Assembly: GCA_046861655.1 (NCBI GenBank)
Contig: JBHIAI010000016.1
Span: 1 to 22,485, forward strand
Length of the DNA stretch: 22,485 nt
Source of the DNA: Fidelibacterota bacterium
Lineage (GTDB): Bacteria > Fidelibacterota > Marinisomatia > Marinisomatales > S15-B10
Direction of reading: 5' to 3'
The notes under the pieces are model-generated. The model saw only the letters and a program-made list of their open reading frames with translations, had not been told where the DNA came from and made no database searches. Shown here in pieces: positions 1 to 11,091 of the stretch (position 1 is the first letter of the stretch; each line of letters begins with the position of its first letter). A program made the translations under genes and the position numbers.

Positions 1-1602
1 CCCCTGCCTCTGCCCCCTGCCGCCGGAGCTCTCTTGGTATCCCCGTCTTGCTGACCGGAGCCTCCAATAGCGGTTCAGGATATCATTCACAATCATCTTT
101 CTGTTCACGGTTCTGAGTAGAGCCATGGGGGTTCTTTTGAGAGGGCCTGGGTCCACTTTTTCCCACTGGAGACCTTTCAGAGAGATACTCTTGTTGATTC
201 TAATCCTGGCCTGTTCCCCTGGGGATTTCCGGATGCTGAGCCAGAGGGAGGAGTCTTCGGAGGTGCTGTGAATGCGGAGTGTGTCATCTTCGAGTTTCAC
301 TCTCCAGGCAACTGAAGTCTTTTGGATCCACCACCTGGCATAATCCAGGATGGGTAGAATCGGGATCTTGCGTTGGCGAATCTCCCTGAATAGCCAATTT
401 AGGACCTTCAGATTTGCCTGGGAAGGGTGATCGTATACCATCAAGGGGAGGCGATATTTCTGGTGTTCTTCGATCCTGTGCCGCCAGTACTGTTTCATGT
501 CGTCATCTGAGTGATGAGCGTTTCGCAAATGCCCAGTAGTGATGGGGTGGATGGGCACCTCCAGGACCGTGGAAAATCTGTCTTCCAGGTAGGGATAAAA
601 CGGGGCGTCGTCATAGTCCAGAGTAAACTCTGACGAATACGTAAACCCGTGGTGTTCAACGGCCATCGCCAGTGCGGCATTCCAGAGTCCGAACGGAGCA
701 GCGTATCCGTGGGGTCTGATTCCTTCCCTGGAAAGGACTCCCAAGGCCTGAAAGATGTTTCGCTCGTTCTTAACGTAATCACGGAAGACACGGTGACGGG
801 CACAGTGGACACCGATTTCCTGACGTTCGAGGCCGGCGATTTCTTCCAGGTATTCCCCGCCGCTGGCGGTCTCCAGAAACCAGGTAGCAGGGATATCATG
901 CTGCTGGCAGATGGCGGCAAGGGCTTCAACCTCCTGCCCAGAAGCAAAGTCCGTATCCACGCGGAAGGCAAACAGGGTCGATTCCCCGTTCGGAAAGGGC
1001 CACAGGGAAACCATGGGGAGTCCCCTGTGGAAGAAAAGGTGTTCCAGGGACTGTTCGATGATACTCCTGAAAGTGCCCTTTGACGGGCGAGCCACCCGTT
1101 CAGAGGGGAGCCCGGGACCCGGTGAGGGGAAATTCCGGCGCCGGGACCTGGAGTCCAGGATAACCCGGGAAAACAGACCGGGAAGTACCAGGGCTATTCC
1201 GTCTCCCCGGGTCACGATCCGCACCAGGGGCTTCAGGGAGTCACTGTTAAGCCTGGTTCCCAGGGAAGGAAGAAGTAACCGGGCGTCCACCGATCCCGGA
1301 ACGACCTGGTGGTACAGGGGATCATCTACGGGGTCCACGTATTTGACGAAAGAGGGGAACGTTCCCGTACCAAGGAGCCATTCCCCCACATCCGCCTCCA
1401 CCAGAATGGCCCCTCCCCCGGTCAGGTAATTCAGGAGATTGCTCCTGTCCTCTTCTCCCAGTCTGCCGGTAACGATGATGGCTCCATAACGGTCGGGCTG
1501 AACGGATTGGTGTAGATCCACAAGTGCAGCGGGCAGGCCCAACTGGTCGAGAATAATCCGCCACTGGGGAAGCCATTCGGTGATGCCCACGGCAAGGTTC
1601 AT
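1..1602 (-). CDS. Polysaccharide deacetylase (NodB/CE4-like) domain protein with an N-terminal domain of unknown function; the 3' end runs off the left window edge
   Basis: Absent from the supplied track. I read the plus-strand triplets 1-3, 4-6 ... 1600-1602 and found no TTA, CTA or TCA, so the minus frame is open for 534 codons from the ATG at 1602-1600. Translation begins MNLAVGITEWLPQWRIILDQLGLP. The middle carries FRVDTDF, HCARH and IRPHGYAAPFG, which resemble the NodB Asp-Asp, HxxxH and RxxY motifs. The ATG overlaps the upstream flippase stop (ATGA at 1599-1602). Confidence 0.6.
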   Translation of the reverse strand, partial: MNLAVGITEWLPQWRIILDQLGLPAALVDLHQSVQPDRYGAIIVTGRLGEEDRSNLLNYLTGGGAILVEADVGEWLLGTGTFPSFVKYVDPVDDPLYHQVVPGSVDARLLLPSLGTRLNSDSLKPLVRIVTRGDGIALVLPGLFSRVILDSRSRRRNFPSPGPGLPSERVARPSKGTFRSIIEQSLEHLFFHRGLPMVSLWPFPNGESTLFAFRVDTDFASGQEVEALAAICQQHDIPATWFLETASGGEYLEEIAGLERQEIGVHCARHRVFRDYVKNERNIFQALGVLSREGIRPHGYAAPFGLWNAALAMAVEHHGFTYSSEFTLDYDDAPFYPYLEDRFSTVLEVPIHPITTGHLRNAHHSDDDMKQYWRHRIEEHQKYRLPLMVYDHPSQANLKVLNWLFREIRQRKIPILPILDYARWWIQKTSVAWRVKLEDDTLRIHSTSEDSSLWLSIRKSPGEQARIRINKSISLKGLQWEKVDPGPLKRTPMALLRTVNRKMIVNDILNRYWRLRSARRGYQESSGGRGQRQG

Positions 1603-3005
1603 ACGAGTATTTTTCTTAATTCAAGGAGATCTTCCCGTTTCACACCGGCGGACCATCCGATGAGGGGCATACCCGCAACGAGGGCCAGACCGAGGGAAAG
1701 GAGGGGAGCATGGTGGTGCCACGCCGACAGGATACCCACGAGAAGGGTCGAGGTCAACAGCGGCAGAAGCACAGGCCTGAGCATGTCTACCGGGGCGATT
1801 TCCCGCATTCGTCTGAGCATGGCCACCAGGGAAACGGCCTGAAATACGGTCAGGGCGACGGGTACCTGGAGGGTGGGTGTCATGGGGAGGGGTAGCAGAA
1901 TGACAGCAAAAAACCCCAGTGCCCCCGCCGCCAGGGATCGTGTGTAGCTGACCTCATTCTCGGAAGCAATCAAGGTAAAGGTAAACACACTGTTCATCAG
2001 GGTTAGGACAAAATAGGGAACAAGAAGCTGAAAGATGAGCGTGGATTCGGTGAATTCCGTGCCGAAGACAAAGGGAAAAACGGCGTCGGCCCCCAGGATG
2101 GCGAGAACGCCCAGGTAGAATCCCCCGGTGACTACCAGTTTCAGGGTCCGTTCGAACCGTTGCTGCAGGTTCTTGAGTCCCCTGGCGAAACTCTTCCGGA
2201 TGGACGGAAAAAAAAGGGTATAGAAGACTCGGTCCAGTATCAACATGAGGACGATGCCCCGGTAGGCCACGCTGTACAGTCCGGCATCTTCTCTTGAGAC
2301 GTTGAAGCCCAGATACAGGAAGGGAAACTGAATGACCACCTGGGCCACAAGGCCCGCCAGGCCCAGGGGTATTCCTGTTCGGATCAGCTGCTTCCTCCCC
2401 CTGGCATCCGGGTCTAGAGCATGGAGGTCGCCGGGCAGTTTTCGGTAGGCCCATGCCAGGGTGGCTGCATGAGCTCCGATTCCGGCGATCCACCCAACGG
2501 GCACGAGAATCAGGTGCGCCTGTGTTGACACGAGGCCGACGATCCAGGTCAGGTAGACCGCCATGGCTACTATCTTCCCAAAGGACAGGGTGACCATACG
2601 ACCCAATCCCTGGAAGAGCCAGTCCAGAAGCAAGGCTGAAGGGAGGAGGGAAACCAGGTAAACGGTGGCCACTTTCCTGGTAGTGGAGTCCTGGACCAGC
2701 AGATGGATGACGGTTCCGGTGATGATTACAACGGCGATGGATAGCATCATTCGGCTGGTGAGTATTTTTTTCGCGAAGGAACGGGGGATGGTGGTCTGAC
2801 CGGCCACCTGCCGGGTTCCCAACAGCGGCAATCCCGCATCACCGAATATGGTGGCGTAGGTCAGGATGGCCATTCCCACTGCGAGAACCCCCATGCTTGA
2901 GGGCCCGAGTTTCCTGGCAAGGTAGGCAACGGCCAGAAAACCCAGAAACCGGCTCACGAGCTCCGCCGTGGAGAGGGAAAGAATATTCCTGGAAAGGGGT
3001 TTCAT
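1599..3005 (-). CDS. MOP/PST-family polysaccharide flippase (Wzx/RfbX-like), copy 1
   Basis: 468-aa multi-pass hydrophobic ORF. The N-terminus MKPLSRNILSLSTAELVSRFLGFLAVAYLARKLGP is typical of polysaccharide biosynthesis/export proteins. ATGA overlaps occur at both ends (3002-3005 and 1599-1602). Confidence 0.75.
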   Translation of the reverse strand: MKPLSRNILSLSTAELVSRFLGFLAVAYLARKLGPSSMGVLAVGMAILTYATIFGDAGLPLLGTRQVAGQTTIPRSFAKKILTSRMMLSIAVVIITGTVIHLLVQDSTTRKVATVYLVSLLPSALLLDWLFQGLGRMVTLSFGKIVAMAVYLTWIVGLVSTQAHLILVPVGWIAGIGAHAATLAWAYRKLPGDLHALDPDARGRKQLIRTGIPLGLAGLVAQVVIQFPFLYLGFNVSREDAGLYSVAYRGIVLMLILDRVFYTLFFPSIRKSFARGLKNLQQRFERTLKLVVTGGFYLGVLAILGADAVFPFVFGTEFTESTLIFQLLVPYFVLTLMNSVFTFTLIASENEVSYTRSLAAGALGFFAVILLPLPMTPTLQVPVALTVFQAVSLVAMLRRMREIAPVDMLRPVLLPLLTSTLLVGILSAWHHHAPLLSLGLALVAGMPLIGWSAGVKREDLLELRKILV

Positions 3006-3981
3006 CCTTCAAACAGTTTCGTAAGCTGGGCTGCCCGGGCGTCAAGGGAAAAGCTGGACCGGATGTGCTCTCTCGCGGTCCGTCCCAGGTCTCCATCCGC
3101 TTTCAGTGCCTTGGCCAGGGCCGTAGCCAGACTCTCCGGTTCACCGGGAGGTACCAGGAAGCCCACCTCGCCCATCACTTCCGGGAGACCTCCTACCCTG
3201 GAGGCGACCGGGATGCACTCGCAAAGCATGCCCTGGGCCAGGGCGAACGAAAAGGACTCGATCCGGCTGGGCTGGCAGCAGACCCTGGACCGGCGGTAGA
3301 GGTCCAGTAGCTGTTCTTCCGGGAGCCAGGGTCGAACGACGACGTTCGAAGGGATATGGATATCCATGGATCGCAGTACGGTTTCGTCGACACCCACGAT
3401 CCGGATGGAGGCCCCGGGCATGAGACGGGCGGCCTCGATCAACACATCGATTCCCTTAACCTTCACCCTCTTGGGAGTGGGGCAAGCGGCGACGGCTAAG
3501 ACGACGGGTTCCTTTGTGTGTTCCGGCGTCCAGTACAGGTCGTCCAGGCCGGGAGGTATGGTGCGGAGATTATTTCCCTGATACTTTCCTACCTTTCTGG
3601 CCAGGGTCTCCAGGTGGAGAGACATGGGGGCCACAGCGGTGGCTCGGCGGAGGGCGTACCGTATGAGGGACCGCTTCCAGGGAACGGTGAGAAGTCCGTA
3701 CCCCAGGTCCTCCTGGACTGTGACGTCCGCTCCGCCCACGATAACCACGCACTTTTTCCCCAGTAGACGGGCGGCGAACACCAGGAGGGCACTGTAGGTG
3801 GAGGCAAACCATGAAAAAACGGCGTCCACAAAGAGGGCTGCCCACAGGAGCCGGATGGCCCCCAGAATTCCTTTGGTTCTAATATCGATCACGTGGGAGA
3901 ATCCAGCCAGGATCTCACGATCCAGTTCCATGAAAGGAACAGAAATGGGTGAAAAGAAAAGAATTTTCCTACGGTTGTGGG

Positions 3982-3985
<4 letters not shown>
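3002..3985 (-). CDS. GT4 (group 1) glycosyltransferase
   Basis: The track ORF extends to 4147, but its first 54 codons lie inside the upstream flippase. The ATG at 3985-3983 (MTHNRRKILFFSP...) forms ATGA with the flippase stop. The C-terminal PSRIESFSFALAQGMLCECIPVASRVGGLPEV matches the GT4 EX7E region, which here reads E-x7-Q. Confidence 0.75.
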
Positions 3986-7198
<3,213 letters not shown>

Positions 7199-7202
<4 letters not shown>

Positions 7203-8014
7203 TCGGGAGTGAGGCGGACCGGTTGACCCGGGTAGTCGTCTGTCCCCCCGGGAAGGAATACTTTTCTGTCCATCCTTCCGGAGGTCACAACATTGCCGGA
7301 TCGCCGGATCCCCGGAAAAGCAGCGAACAGCACAGGAAGCTCACGGACACCCTCAGGGCATTCGGATCCCAGGTGGTGGAGGTGAAGGAACTTCCCGGCC
7401 ATCCCAACAGTGTGTTCACCCGTGATCCGTCCCTGTGTACACCCGAGGGCTATGTTCTTCTACACATGGGGCTTGCCTCCCGCCGGGGAGAAGAGCAGTG
7501 GATGGCAGACACGCTTCAATCCCTGGGTGGACCATACCTGGGAATGATTGACCCTCCCGCCACGGTCGAAGGAGGCGACATCATCCTCGCGGGGAAGGCA
7601 GCCTTTGTGGGACTGTCCACCCGGACCGACACCCAGGGAGTTCAGCAGATTAAGAAGATTCTGACTTCCGCCGGCTACGATGTGCGGGTGGTTCCGGTAC
7701 CGAAAAAGTACCTACACCTGGGGGGAGCCATGAGCCTCGTGGGCCCAGACCGTATCCTTACCTGTCTTGACCCCTTGGATGAAAGATTATTCCGCGGGTT
7801 CAATCTATTGAGGGTCCCTGCGAATTCCTTCATGGGAGCCAATGTAATCGTTCTTGGGGAAAACGAGGTCATCACGCATTCTGCTCAGCGTCGCACGCTG
7901 GATGTTCTGGATCAGGCGGGCATAACAGTTCACGTTCTGAACCTGTCGGAATTCGTAAAAGGGAGGGGAGGACCCAGTTGCCTCGTTCTACCTCAGGACC
8001 GTTCCTGGTTCTGA
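7199..8014 (+). CDS. Guanidino-group-modifying enzyme (amidinotransferase / DDAH / arginine deiminase-like superfamily)
   Basis: 271 aa. The GTG at 7199 overlaps the ftsB stop (GTGA). The family pattern is NSVFTRDP, VEGGD and HLGGAM, plus a C-terminal GGPSCL that would hold the nucleophile Cys. The exact start is uncertain. Confidence 0.65.
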
Positions 8015-8244
8015 CTGTCCTGGCCGCGGAGGTCGCGAAGGATCTCGTTTACTTTTTCGGGGGAGATGGTTGTCCCTTCTCCGAAAGACTTCAGCCGCTC
8101 CTTGCCGAAGGATTTGAGCAGTTGATCCCTGATTTCGTCTTCTTTGTAGCCTTCCCTTTTCAGTCTGTCCACAAGTTCGGCCAGAGTGAGACGCTTTCTG
8201 GTTCCTCCCCTTTTCCCCTTTCTGAAAAGGTCAAAGAATCCCAT
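7993..8244 (-). CDS. Small charged hypothetical protein (83 aa)
   Basis: A strong SD site precedes it on the minus strand (TAAGGACACCGGAGGATTCCATG; GGAGG lies 5 nt before the ATG). The K/R/E-rich sequence MGFFDLFRKGKRGG... contains an internal LKSFGKERLKSFGEG repeat. It begins 17 nt after the upstream gene's stop. I recognise no family. Confidence 0.5.
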   Translation of the reverse strand: MGFFDLFRKGKRGGTRKRLTLAELVDRLKREGYKEDEIRDQLLKSFGKERLKSFGEGTTISPEKVNEILRDLRGQDSQNQERS

Positions 8245-8261
8245 GGAATCCTCCGGTGTCC

Positions 8262-8861
8262 TTAAAACCCCAGATCGAAGTAAACCTGGTCACCCCGTAG
8301 CTTTGATTGGAAGATCAGTTCCACGTTTTCGGGTTCTTCGGGGAAGCTGTAGACCAGCCGGGCATCCACTGTTTCTCCTGGCAGAATGGTGGCCACGCTA
8401 TGAGTGCTCTCCGTGAATTCCAGGTTCCCCGGTAATCCGGTTCCGTCCACTACCCTGACAAGCAAAAGGGCGCTCATATCCAGGGGCCGGTCACCCTGAT
8501 TGGCAATCCGGACAGACACCGTTACCTTTTCATCCGACCGTTGGGCACTCAGGAGGGTGATGGTGGCATCATCGGATACCTGGGATTCACCCGTCCTCCC
8601 GGCGATTCGTGATTCTTTCAGGGCTTCCAGGGGTACCCAGAACTCCAGGACAGCCTTCACGTAATTCCCCGACGAATCTTTCTGGAGTTTTCGAATCTCC
8701 GTGCCCGGGTACACCCTTCCTAGCACATCCCCGGTTTGTTCTGGATCCTTTAAGATGTCCGTCTTTTTTGTGATTTCTGTTACTTGGGCAGGGGACACGG
8801 AGATGGCTGTGAGGAGGACGACGATGGATGGAATAAAGAGCCTATCGGGTTGGTATGACAT
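8262..8861 (-). CDS. Exported protein with an SH3b-like domain followed by a beta-sandwich (DUF4352-like) region
   Basis: 199 aa. Signal-peptide-like LFIPSIVVLLTAISVSPAQV. An SH3b-type pattern reads GDVLGRVYPGTEIRKLQKDSSGNYVKAVLEFWVP. The C-terminal half has alternating beta-strand character (VTVSVRIANQGDRPLDMSALLLVRVVDG). A GGGAG lies 8 nt upstream of the ATG. Confidence 0.6.
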   Translation of the reverse strand: MSYQPDRLFIPSIVVLLTAISVSPAQVTEITKKTDILKDPEQTGDVLGRVYPGTEIRKLQKDSSGNYVKAVLEFWVPLEALKESRIAGRTGESQVSDDATITLLSAQRSDEKVTVSVRIANQGDRPLDMSALLLVRVVDGTGLPGNLEFTESTHSVATILPGETVDARLVYSFPEEPENVELIFQSKLRGDQVYFDLGF

Positions 8862-8918
8862 TAAACGAGCTCCCTGTCTGTTTGGAAGTCTGCTGAGCCT
8901 TGGTCCCTTGGAATGATG

Positions 8919-9632
8919 TCAGATCGCCAGGCTGGCTGTCTTGGTGGTAAGAAAGGCGTCCAGGTAGATTTCCACCCGACGATTCTTTGACCTTCCCTCC
9001 GGGCTGGCATTGGAGCTCACGGGACGGAATTCGCCGTATCCCATGGCCGAGAACTTACCTTCCTCAATGCCGGCAAATTGTCTGAGCAACTCTACAACGT
9101 TGAGGGCCCGGGCGGTGGACAGTTCCCAATTGGATTCCCACTTGTCCTGAAGGAATCGGGGAAGGGGGACGTTATCCGTATGTCCTTCGCATCGAATTTC
9201 AATGTTGAGGTTCCGGTCGCTCTTCGCCACTGCATCGATAAAGGGTCTCAGCTCCGGGTCTTCGTGAACCCGGACCAATCGGGACATCTTGATGATCATC
9301 CCTATCTGCTGGATCAGGGGATATACTTCAGGCCGGAGTTCAGCCTCTCCTGACGGGAACAGCCGGCCACTGGCCATCGTGATCTTCACCCCCTTGGTGA
9401 CCCTTTCCACGGACACGTATGCGGAGTGGAGCTGGCTGTGAAGCTCTTGATAGGTCTCATCCAGAAGCATATTGATGATCCGGTCCACGTGCTTTTCCGC
9501 ATCGTTCATGATGACCAAAAGCATGATGAAAAAGGTCAAAAGGAGGGTAATCATATCCCCAAAAGTCACAGCCCAGGCCGTACTTCTGGCTTTCGATTCA
9601 CTCAGGGAAACTCTCTTGACCCGCCGAGCCAT
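8919..9632 (-). CDS. motB: MotB/OmpA-family stator protein
   Basis: 237 aa. The N-terminal TM region carries the conserved Asp (AWAVTFGDMITLLLTFFIMLLV). The C-terminal OmpA-like peptidoglycan-binding motifs are GHTDNVP, NWELSTARALNV, GYGEFRPV and NRRVEIYL. Confidence 0.85.
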   Translation of the reverse strand: MARRVKRVSLSESKARSTAWAVTFGDMITLLLTFFIMLLVIMNDAEKHVDRIINMLLDETYQELHSQLHSAYVSVERVTKGVKITMASGRLFPSGEAELRPEVYPLIQQIGMIIKMSRLVRVHEDPELRPFIDAVAKSDRNLNIEIRCEGHTDNVPLPRFLQDKWESNWELSTARALNVVELLRQFAGIEEGKFSAMGYGEFRPVSSNASPEGRSKNRRVEIYLDAFLTTKTASLAI

Positions 9633-9637
9633 GAATC

Positions 9638-9752
9638 TAGATCGATCTACTCATCAACCACAGAGATCACAGAGCGCATTCATAGTTCAAGACACTATGC
9701 TCGTCATTTATTATTCTTGTTATCATCCTCTGTGTTCTCTGTGGTTCATCAG
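9638..9752. repeat. Inverted-repeat (MITE-like) element in the motA-motB intercistronic gap
   Basis: The 25-nt arms at 9650-9674 and 9728-9752 match 22/25 as reverse complements, around a 53-nt AT-rich core. A 12-nt perfect palindrome TAGATCGATCTA lies at 9638-9649. The whole element is flanked by direct TGAATC hexamers at 9632-9637 and 9753-9758. Confidence 0.45.
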
Positions 9753-9765
9753 TGAATCGCTGAGA

Positions 9766-10581
9766 TTAAGCCGGTTTTTCCCTCCGTTTGCTCTGGGGAA
9801 CGAACGTCATCAGTTTTTCCCTGAGAATGATGGGATGGTCCTTGGCGTGGATACCGATGATCCCTTCGACCATGATGTCTTTCACCATCAGTTCTTCCTC
9901 TGATTTTCTCTTGAGTTTGCCCGCCAGGGGAAGAAAGACAAGATTGGACAGCAGGACACCGTAGAAGGTTGTGATCAGAGCCAGCCCCATGCCTCCCAGG
10001 AGTTCGCCAAATCGTTTTGCCACATCGAATTCAATGCCGGGAAGGCCCGTGGTTTCGGGCGAAGAAAAGTGGGTCATCATGATGATGAGTCCCAGGACAG
10101 TGCCCAACAGTCCGAATGCGGGCGAATAGGCTCCCATGTACAGGAATATTTCCTGTCCGAGGCTATGTCGCCGTTCCACATTGGACAGTTCTAACTCCAG
10201 ATAGTTTCTCAGCCGGGCCGGGTCCCGCTCATTGATGGCCAGTTCGAGACCGTTCATCAAGAACTTGTCCGGAATCCTGTCCAGGTCTGATTCCAGGGAC
10301 ATGATCCCGTTCTTTCTGGCCTTTTCCGCCTTTTCCACCAGTTCGTCGATGACTTCCTGGTGTCCGATCTCTTCTTTGCGAAACGCCTGGACCAGTACTT
10401 TGAAGATGTTGAGTACGTTGTTCAGAGGATAGTTAACCAGGGTGGCAGCCAGAGTTCCGCCGATAACGATGGTGAAGGCGTCCACATCGAGAAACCACCG
10501 GGGATCTCCGTTGTTATTCAAGATCCCCACGCTGATAAACCCAATTCCCAGGAGTAGTCCTAACGCCGTTCCCAGATCCAT
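9766..10581 (-). CDS. motA: MotA/PomA-family proton-channel stator protein
   Basis: 271 aa with four TM segments and a long loop between TM2 and TM3. Conserved prolines are present in SPAFGLLGTVLG (TM3) and LSNLVFLPLAGKL (TM4). MDLGTALGLLLGIGF is a typical N-terminus. Confidence 0.85.
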   Translation of the reverse strand: MDLGTALGLLLGIGFISVGILNNNGDPRWFLDVDAFTIVIGGTLAATLVNYPLNNVLNIFKVLVQAFRKEEIGHQEVIDELVEKAEKARKNGIMSLESDLDRIPDKFLMNGLELAINERDPARLRNYLELELSNVERRHSLGQEIFLYMGAYSPAFGLLGTVLGLIIMMTHFSSPETTGLPGIEFDVAKRFGELLGGMGLALITTFYGVLLSNLVFLPLAGKLKRKSEEELMVKDIMVEGIIGIHAKDHPIILREKLMTFVPQSKRREKPA

Positions 10582-10613
10582 GAGGTTGCCTTTCTTGGTC
10601 CGAGGTACATGCT

Positions 10614-10647
10614 AAAAAAAGTGGTTACTGAGTTAAGTTACCTAACT
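10614..10647 (-). terminator. Weak candidate intrinsic terminator after dtd
   Basis: The minus strand reads AGUUAGG-UAA-CUUAACU (7-bp stem including one G-U, overlapping the dtd stop), then 10 nt, then U7 (plus-strand A-run at 10614-10620). The stem is AT-rich and the spacing to the U-tract is non-canonical. Confidence 0.2.
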
Positions 10648-11091
10648 GACGAGGTTACTGTCCAGCACGAAAGTCGCCGGTCCATCGTTGAGGAGGCTCA
10701 CCTCCATCATGGCTCCGAAGACACCCGACTCAACAGGAACCCCACGCTTCTTGAGCTCATCCATGAAATGAACGTACAGGCTTTCGCCTTTTTCCGGCGG
10801 GGCGGCCCGAGTAAAACTGGGACGCCGTCCCTTCCTCCAGTCCGCACACAGGGTGAACTGGCTCACCACCAGAGCGGATCCATTCACGTCGCGAATGGAC
10901 AGATTCATTTTTCCCTCGTCATCGTTGAAGACGCGAAACCCCGATATTTTGTCGGCAAGGAATTCCCCATCCTTTTTCTCATCATCATCAAAGACTCCCA
11001 GGAAGATCACAAATCCCTCGCTGATCTCTCCCGCTGTCCGGCCACCAACAGAAACCTTTCCCCGGGACACTCTCTGGAGGAGGGCGATCAT
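10642..11091 (-). CDS. dtd: D-aminoacyl-tRNA deacylase
   Basis: MIALLQRVSRGKV... with the Dtd motifs SQFTL, GVFGAMMEVSL and NDGPATF. I chose the ATG at 11091-11089 (canonical MIALLQRV start), which shares one base with the dnaE stop (TGATG). The track start at 11103 would add MDRL. Confidence 0.9.
   Translation of the reverse strand: MIALLQRVSRGKVSVGGRTAGEISEGFVIFLGVFDDDEKKDGEFLADKISGFRVFNDDEGKMNLSIRDVNGSALVVSQFTLCADWRKGRRPSFTRAAPPEKGESLYVHFMDELKKRGVPVESGVFGAMMEVSLLNDGPATFVLDSNLVS

Noticed and set aside
495-1576. Track ORFs 495-971(-), 649-1083(+), 911-1429(+), 1309-1515(+) and 1322-1576(-)
   Set aside because: All are out of frame with the 534-codon minus-strand ORF (1-1602) that the track omits because it has no stop inside the window. 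Their translations are R/P/S-rich, as is typical of off-frame reads.
8919-10581. Zorya-type anti-phage system (ZorA/ZorB are MotA/MotB homologues)
   Set aside because: MotA here is 271 aa with no long C-terminal coiled-coil tail, and there are no ZorC/D-like helicase or nuclease genes downstream. It fits an ordinary stator architecture better.
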